From: Callorhinchus milii
Taxonomy: Eukaryota
Direction: 5' to 3'
Length of the DNA: 64,000 nucleotides
NCBI RefSeq assembly: GCF_018977255.1
Contig: NW_024704959.1
Span: 1 to 64,000 of the forward strand
Of the stretch, positions 12,703 through 23,050 are shown piece after piece. Numbering within the stretch: the first letter of the stretch is position 1; each line of letters starts with the position of its first letter. Below the pieces are notes generated by a model, which was given only the letters and a program-made list of their open reading frames with translations, had not been told where the DNA came from and ran no database searches. Both the position numbers and the translations under genes were made by a program.

Positions 12703-13103
12703 AAGAACATGTCTGTCGATAAGACAGAGTCTAAATGACACGTCTTAGGCTTGGAGTGTCTATTTAAGCTGTGAGGGAGGAGGAAGAGAGCCTTGACAAA
12801 AATAATTTGCATTTGAAGAGGAATTTAGCATATTTATGGGAAATGCAGGAATGCGAATAGTGCTAATTGTGAAATGCGTGGGAGGTGGGCGGGGGTTTTC
12901 AAAGTCATATTATGCCCCGTGCATTATGCAGGATTAGCAGCATCACAGGGAGGGGGCAGGGCAGCACCAACAAAGGGAAGGAATGTGAATAGTATGCAGC
13001 TGCAGCAACTAAACAACCACGTAAAAACTAAAGTATAAACTTCATAGCATCATCAGTATACTAAATCTTTCTGACAGAGCGTCTTTCTGACAGACCTGTT
13101 CTT

Positions 13104-13144
13104 CACCTGAGGACGGCTGCTTGCCTTGTGGCCGAAACGTCGTG
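13104..13144 (+). ncRNA. Type I hammerhead ribozyme core
   Basis: CAC-CTGAGGA-CGGCTGC-TTGCCTT-GTGGCC-GAAACGTC-GTG. Confidence 0.85.
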
Positions 13145-13379
13145 AGAATTATTTTATTATGTTTTATTTTTATTATTTTATTTCCCTTCTACGTGACTTT
13201 ACCGAAAGAACCAAGAAGAGTAAATGTAGATGTTTGCATCCGTACATAGATTTGTGAGTATGCATTTGTGTTTGGGTTTATGAGCACGTCCATGTTTACA
13301 TGCCTGTGGGTATGCATTTTTGCTTGCATGTGCATGTCTGAATGTTTATTTGCTTATCTTTGCTCGAACAGAGGAGCAT

Positions 13380-14243
13380 TGGGGAGTTGAAGCATTTAAA
13401 GCGGGGTGAAGCGTCTCTAGGAGAAACACCTTGTGAAGGAGAAATGCACCATGGAAAAGGAGCGCCTCATTGAGGTGCAGCGCCTTGCCAGGGTGAAGTA
13501 CCACACAGAGGAGAGTGCCCTCAGAAAACAATCTACTCAAGAACTACCTCATTGAAAAGCACCTCATTGAAGTGAAGTGCTTCAGGGATGAGAATCGTCT
13601 TTGCAAGGTGAAGTGTCTCGAGGAGAAGCATCAGGAGGAGAAGCGTCTTGCCAGGGTGAAGTACCTTGGAGAGATGAAGCATCTCCAGGAGGAGAAGTGT
13701 CTCAAGGAGGTGGAGTGCATCATTGAAGAGAAGCGCCTCGTTGAAGTGAAGCACCTCGCCAGGGTGAAACACCTCACACAGCAGAAGTGCCTCAGAGACA
13801 ATCTCCTCAATAATGTGAAACGCCTCATGGAAAAGCGCCTCATTGAGACCAGCTTCATGGAGGAAAAACGCCTTCGTGAGGTGAAGCGTCTCAAGGAGAA
13901 GCGTCTGGAGGAGAAGCGTTTCACCAGGGTAAATTACCTCACCGAGGTGAAGCGCTTTGCCAACATGAAGTGGGTCAAGGAGGAGAAGCGCCTCATGGAG
14001 AAGACGTGCCTTGTTGAGGTGAAACTTCAAGAGGAGGAGCCCTTCATGGAGGAAAAGCACATTGTGGATGAGCAGTGCCTCGCCAAGATGAAGCAACAGT
14101 GGCTCCGGACAGCTACCACCAGCAGCACCGCCAGCAGCCCCACCACCCCGCCGCCACTCTTGTGCAGGGCCCGATTGCTCCGAGCTTTGGAGAAGAGGAC
14201 TTCCAAGAAGAGAATGCAAACTCTGGGGGCTGAGCCACGGTAA
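13380..14243 (+). other. Degenerate 18-bp-period repeat reading as a charged EEKRL/EVKRL coiled-coil-like ORF (13515-14243)
   Basis: Repeated GAGGAGAAGCGCCTC/GAGGTGAAG units. No recognisable homologue. Confidence 0.4.
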
Positions 14244-17200
14244 ACCACTCTGCATGTGTCCTATGTGTGTTTATTTCTGTATTATGCTTCATAATCAACG
14301 TTTTTGGGTTTAGATCGCGTTATTTATAAATGTGTCGTAACCCTCCACCACCCGACACGGCCAATCAGTAAAAAAGGTGTCGCGAAAGCCTACGTGTTAA
14401 ACATTATTATGCTTGTTTTACTCAGGACGAGCCTTACGAAGTCTCATGACTTTTTTCAGGAGGGTCCTGCCAAGTTTGCTCGCAGTAGGGAATGAAGTTG
14501 CTACTTTTTTGATCCAAATTAGGCAATTTGCATTGCTTGTGTGGATCAGTTACAGGGAGAAAGCTGCAGCACCCTTCCAGAATAGGGGGCAACACACTCC
14601 AGAGAGAGAATATGGCCAAACATGGAAATCAAACCAGGTCTCTCTTGCTGTGAGGCACAGATGCTCCAGCCCTGCCACATTTACAAATACACAGACACAG
14701 CAAGCCCAACGCGTACATTCGGCTATACTATGGACAGATATATTTTCCATAATTAGTGTCTGGGTTAGACCACATAATGATGCGGCCATATCTTCACCAT
14801 GTAACCCTCCATCCATCGTGATATTTTGGCAGTCTAAGGCCTGTCTCCAGGCCAGCTTCCAAATTGCCTTGTAATGTACAGAGACAGCTACCACTGGGAG
14901 GGGTGTCCAATTTCAAATGTATTGAGACGAGAGATGCAAGATGTGAGTGGCTCATCGCGTGCAATGCACTCTGAGATGCCTTCGATGTTAAGGGAGGCGG
15001 CTCTTTCGACCACAAATCACTGTCAGATATCTTTCCGAAATCGTGGATGGGTTACGCGGCAAAGGTAGCGCACTCAACGTTCACCACTTACAGTTCAATC
15101 TTGCTTCTCGCCCTTGCTATTACTGCCACCGGCATTAACCACAAAGATACACATCCATTCCATCACAGCGGACTTTCAAAACTCCACCGATATAATTTTA
15201 AATGTGTAGGCCATTATGTTCAAGGGAATAATTAGAATATTCATATAAACAATAATTTCACGACAAATTATTCAGCTAAATTTACACAGCAACGCCACCC
15301 AGTACTTTGAAACTACAGCAGTCTGTGTGAGACAGCTGCACCTACCTCAAGGATAGCCTTGAGCTATGAGAATGACAGCGCCAATACCAGCACTCACTGG
15401 CCATGTCGTTATTGCTGTTTATATTAAGCTCAGATTAATCCGCCACACATTCCACACACGGACGATGGAGAGATGGCGATGTCTGCCATAGCAGGAAGTT
15501 GGAACGGTGCCGTGTTTTGTCTCTTCACAGATTTGAACCAGCGCAGCCCTCCTCCTCACTCATCCAGGCCTTTGAAGCAAAGACAGAGGTTATGGTGGAG
15601 ACAAAGGAGGAGGTGAAGGAGGTGGTGAAGGAAGAGATGATGGAGGATGAGGTAGAGGCAGAGAAATCGGAAGAAGAGAAGACAAAGGAGGACAAGATTG
15701 TGATGGAGACAATGGAGAACACGGAGGGAGAGGATAAAGACAATATGGAGGTGGAGGACCAGGACAAAACAAAAGATGAACAGATGGTCGTGTGGGGGAC
15801 ATGGAGGAGATGGACAAAGGGGAAACAATGGTGGTGGAGGAGGAAGAGAAGATGGTGGTGGAGATGGTGCTGCAGGAAGGTGAGGAGATTATGAAGGAAA
15901 ATGGTGGTCAAAGAAGATGGAAACGAGACAAATGTGGACAGGAAGAGATAGAGGAGATGGTTGGTGGAGGATGGAGAGGCGGATGGAGGAGGTTCAGGAG
16001 TTGTGCACGCTTTTTCCAGCGGCATCACCTCCTCCTCCCGCGTGCTGCTTTGTGGCGGCAGGTTCACCGCCCAGTAGGGGTGGTCGTGGATTGGTGCCAA
16101 CCATGACCGCTATCACCACACTACCCACCCACCCATGATACACGCCACACACACACCACACAGTTCCCCAGATAGACGGTGCCACTGGGACCACAGCTGG
16201 GGAATGAAGCTGAGCAGCAGATGCCAGGACTACAGGGGAGAATGACTGCTACCAGGACACCTCACACACACACACGGGACTATCCCAATAGCATAGCCAA
16301 CCCCACACTGGGCCCCTTCCATGCTGGTTTTCATCCAGGCAGTCCTCATGGGATGACCTTGCCATGGTTTCCAGGACATGGAAGGGGCAGCTGACCCAGG
16401 GTGAGAGAGCGGGAGGGGTCAGGTGCAGACAATGAACAAAACCTGCACGTGCCAAGTTTCAAGGCCACCCTGTTAATAATGAATATAAATACTATTGTTG
16501 TTACCATAAACTTTGTGAAATCAACCTTTGAGGACACAGCATAACGTTGCATTGCTTGTGCTTCCTGGGTTGGTTAAATGTGCCTTGGCTTGTGCGTGCG
16601 ATGTCCCGGCTGTGTGTGCGGCGGTACAAGGACACAATGAGACGTTTTGGGAAATGGTCCTTCTTCAGAGCACATACAAGCGGTGGTGGGAAAACATTCA
16701 GGCGATTTGCCTTCTTAACGACAAATCCGCCCCTCCTCTCCCCCATGAATCCACTGTTCCACTGTGCCACTGCTCCACTGCCCCATTGCTCCACTGTCCC
16801 ATTGCCCCACGGCCCCTGTGCTCCACTGCCCCACTGCTCCACCATCTGGCACAGCAGTTGAAACGAATTATTGAGTATCTTAAATCCCCTGCCTCTGTCC
16901 ACCAAGCAGTGAAATCGGGTGCGCCACAATCGTGAGGCAAGATGTTGGTGGATTAAAGAGAAAGCAATTGCAGGACTGTGCCACTGTCCACAATCCAATT
17001 TGCTTTGGCAAAATATTCAAAGAATGCTGCTGGCTCACTAAACAGGTTGCTGCTTAATGTATATAACGTGGGGGGGGGGGCATGTTTAGACGCAGCCCAG
17101 TGACCTCGTGGTCATAGCACTAAACTGGCACCACGGAGTACCTCGGTTTGAATCCAGGCAGCCGCCTGTGATCAAAGCGGATCTCAAGTCTAGCGAGTTA

Positions 17201-17371
17201 ATGGTCTCAGCCTGGTCGTCATGGACTGCACAAAATAAACCATCACCTGGCTGTAATGTGGTTCTCCATGTAATTGATCAATTCCAGCTGTAAGACGTAA
17301 CAACATTATTATAGATCATTGTCTCTGACATACACTCATCCCAGAAGCATGTTTGTACACGTACAAAAAAA

Positions 17372-17640
17372 AACCGTATATAGCCCTCACGAGACTTTTA
17401 GGGAAAGTGTTGTAGCAAGCACGCTACGAAGCGGGTGGCCAGCACAACGTTCGACCACCTTTCAATCCCTAGTGGCGATGTTTACACAGCACGCCATGTA
17501 CTCCTTTAAAGTTGAGTCGACCTAGGGGAGGCCCAAGACCAAATCAAATAATCGTCACTGCGATCAGCCATAGGTGGGATCCAAAATCGGGTCAACGGGT
17601 TCGTAGCCCAGAGCAGTAATCGCTATGCCACCACTCCCCA
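17372..17640 (-). mobile_element. tRNA-derived SINE, degenerate; further fragments at 17660-18115
   Basis: Shares TGAGTCGACCTAGGGGAGGCCCA and ATAATCGTCAC blocks with the copy at 35441. Confidence 0.75.
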
Positions 17641-18319
17641 CATACAGACACCTACAAAAACAAAGATCCCCTTTATAGCTTTAACAAACTGTTGAGGCAA
17701 GTGCCTTTAGTGAGCAACACCTATGAAGGCTGAGACGGCGCACGAAGGGGTGGGTGGACAGCACCACGCCCCAACGCCGTTGTCACCGGAGTGCTGATTG
17801 TGACACACCACACTGAGGAGAGGCCTAAGCCCAGTTCATATCAATCACCACCGAAATTAAACGTTAGCCGTGACAGCAATCAAACTTGGGCTCCCAGGTT
17901 TGTAGCTCAGCGCCCTAACCACTGCACTACCGCTCTTCACGCAGACAACCGGGTTGGTGGGTCCAACCTGACTCGGAGTAAAACAAGTACCTGATGCGGT
18001 GCGTAAACACACGTACCTTAAAGACATAGAAAATCTGGCGTGGTGCTGGCCACAGCCCTGATGCACCGTGCCGGCCTTCATGGTGCTCGCTAACAGCACT
18101 TGCCAACACAGGACTGCTGCTTGCATGCTCACCATGCCTGGGTACAGGGGGTGACATGCTTCCTCACGCGGCTCCTCCCCCGGCCCAGCCAGCGCCCTGT
18201 GGGGCCGAGACTCGCAGCGCCGGCGTCACGCGATGCTCCGCCACCACCACCACCACCAGCTGTGCCAATGTGCGATTTGCGATGGAGTGGCAGAGGACCT
18301 AGGGCTTTGTTACAAACAC

Positions 18320-18720
18320 ACGGGTTAATGTTCAGTAGCTGGTGAAATAAGTCAACTTTGCCATCATCATCTTCATCAACCATCATCTGCTGAATAAAGG
18401 TCTCCGACTCATCACCATCTCTCATTGGTCCTGTGATGCAACACAGGACCATTGAGCTCCTGTACAGCGGTTAGCACGCCACCTTGTGAACCCAGCAAAT
18501 CGACGTTGGATTCTTGGCTAAGGTCAACATCAGAGATGAGCGATGTCTAAACTGGTCCCGAGGCAGCAGCTTCCCTCCCCATCCCACACGGAGTGACATG
18601 GCAACATTCAGTCAACTAACCTCCTCGACCTGCACGGCGTGGGGAGGTCCACGTCAAAGCATGGATTTACTAGGAGGTCTGCAATGTGTACGCGAGCATT
18701 GGGGGGCCCTGCGCTTCCAA
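18320..18720 (-). pseudogene. Possible decayed calmodulin-like EF-hand sequence
   Basis: Two EF-loop-like peptides, LISDVDLSQESNVDL and QQMMVDEDDDGKVDL, with broken reading frames around them. Confidence 0.3.
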
Positions 18721-19737
18721 TGTCATAAGAGGAGTCAGATGTAAAACTTCCGGTTGAGTTTGAAGGCGTCGGGGGGCCCACACTGTGATTTGCCCCAGGC
18801 CTAACACCCTGTATGGACAGCCTTGTGTTATATTTTTTAGTCTGCCACATGCCTTTGCCACACATAATATGGATAATAAAATAAGACCATCACAGGACTG
18901 TGTAGGGCCTGGGGTTTGAGGCCGCATGTAGCTCTCCTGAAGTGCTTTCGGGTTGAACCGGCGTGTTGTTCGGAATACTTCAGTGTTGACGACGGGAGGA
19001 TGAGCCAGCAACTGTGAGACAGACCCGGATAAGTGTGGGTGGAGGTGAGTGTGACAGTAAGACAGACCAAGGTGAGCGTGGGAAGAGTGAGTGTGGACAG
19101 TGAGACAGATCCAGGTGAGTGAGTGTGGGTAGAAAGGTGAGTGTGACAGTGAGACAGACCCAGGGTGAGTGAACGTGGTAGAGAGGTGTGACAGAGACAA
19201 ATCCAGATGAGTATGGGTAAGACAGGAGTGTAATTGTAATGTGAGGATATATCCGGGTTGCTGATGGATCACACCTCGTTACGATGATTGGCTCTGCCGG
19301 TCCTGGCCCATAGCCAATGGGGGGAAGTCTAGGGGCGTGGCCCTGACGTAATGGGAAGGTGACATCTGTAAGTAGAGGATTGGTTCTGCTGGCTTTAGCC
19401 ACAGCCAATGGGGGGACGAGTCAGGGGCGTGGTCCTGGGAGCGTACGATGGAGTCTAGAAGATTCCATAGAGGTTAACCAGGATTGGTGGAAAGGTACCA
19501 CGTGACCCGGGTATTAAAAGGGGTGGAGACGACAACACGTGGTCAGATCTGGAACGGAGGGTGAGGCCACGCTGGAGCGGGGTCCAGGCTGCCACGTGGC
19601 CGCGCGGTCTCTCCTCTCCCTCTCACGCTGTCTGTCGCGCGTGAAGGAGTGATGGGAGCATCTTCTTGGTTCTTTCGGTAAAGTCACGTAGAAGGAAGTA
19701 ATAAAATAATAAAAATAAAACATAATAAAACAATTCT

Positions 19738-19778
19738 CACGACGTTTCGGCCACAACGCAAGCAGCCGTCCTCAGGTG
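19738..19778 (-). ncRNA. Type I hammerhead ribozyme core
   Basis: Exact reverse complement of 20413-20453. Confidence 0.88.
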
Positions 19779-20412
19779 AAAACCAGGTCCGTCGAGGCGA
19801 CAGAGTCTGAATGAAACAGCACACGGCTTGGAGCATATATATAAGCTGGGCGCATTGACAAAGGAATTTGCATATCAACAGGAATTTAGCATATTTATGG
19901 GAAATGCAGGAATGTGATTAGTACTGCATATGCATGTGCATTATGCAGGATTAACAGCATCAAAGGGAGCTGCAGTTACTGCTGCTGCAGCAGTTGCTGC
20001 TGCTGCTGCAGTTTCTGCTGCTGCTGCAGTTGCTGCTGCTGCTGCAGTTGCTGCGCTGCTGCACTTGCTGCTGCTGCTGCACTTGCTGCTGCTGCTGCAC
20101 TTGCTGCTGCTGCTGCAGTTGCTGCCTTATCCATTTAATATAACACATGTATATCACCACCCAAGTGCTACCCACCCAATGGACAACTGCAGCAGCAACT
20201 GCTGCAGCAGCAGTAACTGCAGCTCCCTTTGATGCTGTTAATCCTGCATAATGCACATGCATATGCAGTACTAATCACATTCCTGCATTTCCCATAAATA
20301 TGCTAAATTCCTGTTGATATGCAAATTCCTTTGTCAATGCGCCCAGCTTATATATATGCTCCAAGCCGTGTGCTGTTTCATTCAGACTCTGTCGCTCGAC
20401 GGACCTGGTTTT

Positions 20413-20453
20413 CACCTGAGGACGGCTGCTTGCGTTGTGGCCGAAACGTCGTG
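20413..20453 (+). ncRNA. Type I hammerhead ribozyme core
   Basis: Stem I TTTTCAC/GTGAGAA, CTGAGGA, stem II GGCTGC/GTGGCC, GAAACGTC. Predicted cleavage after C20450. Confidence 0.88.
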
Positions 20454-20854
20454 AGAATTGTTTATTATGTTTTATTTTATTATTTATTACTTCCCTTCTA
20501 CGTGACTTTACCGAAAGAACCAAGAAGATGAATCCCTGCAGTCACGAAAGCTTTAAATCGAAATAAATGGAGTGTTGTGAACGAAAGACAAATAAAGACC
20601 AGATTCAGAAGTCGCTTCCACGACCTTTATTACATAAGTAAAGGTGAGTGTGATAAGGAGACAGACCCAGGTGAGTAAGTTTGAGTAGAGAGGTGTGACA
20701 AGGAGACAGGTCCATCACAACAGCAACTTTCATCAGTCACCTCCAACCACCACCACCATTGCATCATCATCTCAATCACTATGTTACAGTCATCACCATC
20801 ATCACACTGGAGCACTATTAGACATCACCACCATCATGCTCATCATCATATAAA

Positions 20855-21145
20855 AAAAGATCCCCCGTATATACTTAACTAACAGACTGTTGAGGCAAGT
20901 GCTGTTAGTGATCACCTATTAATGCCGGCACAGTACACGACGTTAGGTGGCCAGCAACACGCCTGGCAGCATTTTTCTCCCCAGTGGAGATGTTTACACA
21001 CCACACCACATACTCATTGGAGGCTGAGTCGACGTCGGGGAGGCCCAGGAACAGTTAAGATAATCGTCACTCTCGTTGGCCATGAGCAGAAATCGAATTC
21101 GGATCGATACATATGTTGCACAGCGCGTTAACCTCTACACTACCG
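20855..21145 (-). mobile_element. tRNA-derived SINE
   Basis: Homologous to 35441-35747. Confidence 0.8.
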
Positions 21146-21360
21146 CTAGCACAACCATCAGCCACCACCATCAATAGTAACCATCAGTCACCACGAAGTC
21201 ACTATCACCACCAGTCATCTTCACTACCAATCACCCCCACCAGTCACCACCAATAAGAGTAACCAGCACCACCAGTCATCACCATCACCTGGGACCCTGG
21301 GAGAGACTCAAGCTTGGGACCAGGATGAGGAGCTGGGAGAGACAAAGCGAGGGAGCCAGG

Positions 21361-22336
21361 CTGCCCAATGTGGGGGTGTTCAACATGGGGCTCACGGCCC
21401 GGCTGCTCGTGTCACTGCTGCTTAACAATGGCTTCAGCGTAGAGGCGCTGTTGTGCCGCACACGCAGTGAGGCCGAGCAGCTGGCGGCCAAGATGCGCAT
21501 CCAGTTATCCAGCAGCAGCTGTGTAATGGGTTCCGGAGACACTTGTAGAGGTAACTTCTTTATTATAATACAACACTCCAACAGTCTGATACTCTGTTAC
21601 AGCCTAGTACACGGCCTAGGTACACGGCCTAGACACGGCTAGGTACACGCCAGCCTAGGTACACAGCCTAGGTACACAGCCAGCACACAGCCTAGCGACA
21701 CAGCCTAGCGACACAGCCTACTCTTAGCGTACCTGACTCTAGCTACGCTCTGGGTCCTCCGGCTACAATTACCCGAGGGGAGGCTACCTGACCCGACCCA
21801 GCCAAGGTGCGGGTCTAGACTCTGGCTTCCTCGGAACTCGCCCTTGCAAGGACGTAGAGCCGGGAGTCCCAGAGTCCCACCACTGGCCCGCACAGCGTCC
21901 CGGCCCTTACAAGGACAAGCGGGACGAGGGGGTCCAGGGTCCTAAGCTGGCTGGTCTTGGGACTTGAGCTGCGACTGGCCCCGATCGACCAGGGAGCGGC
22001 CCTTTTATGCCTCTTGCCCATCGAGGGGTGGGATTGTGTGTGCCCCTAGATACCCCACAGAGCACACACAGCCCCCCCCATTGGTGGCGCCAAGGGGCTT
22101 AGCTGTCTAGGATCCGAGAGCCCCCAGCAAGCCCCGCCCCTCTTGGGCTGGTACAGTGGCCCCTCCCCTGGGGGTTCGAGCTACCTGCAGATGGGCCCTG
22201 TCCACCACTGCTGGTAAGTGTGGCCCATCTATGGCACTACAGCTGGATGGGCGGCGTGCCGCTCCACCAGCTTGGGACCTCATGCGCATCTTCAACCCAC
22301 CCGAGCTCAGCTGTCAGATCGCGGTCAAGACCCTGG
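21361..22336 (+). pseudogene. GFOD1: GFOD1/GFOD2-like first coding exon, split by an LTR and frameshifted
   Basis: LPNVGVFNMGLTARLLVSLLLNNGFSVEALLCRTRSEAEQLAAKM before the LTR, and VPLHQ / [21 protein letters not shown] after it, match the vertebrate GFOD N-terminus as I recall it (LPGVGVFGTSLTARV...[27 protein letters not shown]). Confidence 0.85.
21522..22241 (-). mobile_element. Solo LTR inside the GFOD-like exon
   Basis: TGTAATG...CACTACA termini, TSD GCTG, internal CAGCCTAGGTACA tandem repeats. Confidence 0.88.
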
Positions 22337-22829
22337 GATGAGCTCCCACTCGAAAGAGGTCCTCCCCTGGCTGCTGTATGTGCTGCTACTGGGCTGTTGA
22401 GGACCGGTAGAGCAGACTGCTGCTGGTCTCCCACCCAGTAAATCAGCTGTCTTTTTACCCCATTGTCAGCCAACCCATCAAATCTCTGACAATGTGACCT
22501 CATTCATCAGACAACAAACCCACATACTTTCTCAAACAATGCATCTCCTATATTATGTTCATTTTGTTCTTGCAGTCTTCAATATTCTACAATTCATATT
22601 TGTTTCATACGTAACCTCCTGTTATATGAAGCTTAAATATGAATCACAAACATACCTCTCTATATGCCAGAAAACGCCATTTAGGATGGCACTCTAGTAG
22701 AAAATACATTCTAAAACAATCAATGTTTATATTGTTGATTATGTTGGGTGTTCAAACCAATCCTGGTTGCATTAGTGCCACACCTTCCCCATCACTCACC
22801 ATGTAACTCAATAGATTTAAAATACCGAC

Positions 22830-23050
22830 AGGGTGTTGGCATTGCCCACATCAATATTAGAGGCCAGAAAGCAAAATTTGAGCAATTCAAGATTAATTCA
22901 ATCATCTTTATCCAGACATCTTCTGTCTGTCTGAAACATGGCTTACCTCACGTATAATTCCCTAGCCTAATAGAAATTTAAGGATGGAATATATGTTGAT
23001 GAGACGGGCAAACAAGAGGAGGAGGTGGTGGCAGTATATTTGAAAAGTAC
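22830..23050 (+). mobile_element. LINE apurinic endonuclease remnant
   Basis: IAHINIRG, PDIFCLSETWL and an RGGG-type motif in broken frames. Confidence 0.7.

Larger units (their letters stand above)
12441..13220. mobile_element. Compound non-autonomous PLE derivative
   Basis: A short palindrome with tail (12441-12645) is followed by opposed pLTR arms carrying hammerheads. Confidence 0.85.
19652..20568. mobile_element. Palindromic non-autonomous PLE derivative with two opposed hammerheads
   Basis: Inverted arms 19659-~20003 and ~20189-20530 around a CTG-repeat spacer. Tail at 20531-20564. GGAGTG is duplicated at the flanks relative to the intact LTR B. Confidence 0.92.
19235..20634 (+). mobile_element. 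Solo LTR, family B, interrupted by a PLE derivative
   Basis: Reverse-complement homologue of 3826-4315. TGTAAT...ATTACA termini; flanks TAAT and TAAG. Confidence 0.9.

Noticed and set aside
19960-20262. PolyQ/polyA ORFs
   Set aside because: CTG repeats in the palindrome spacer.
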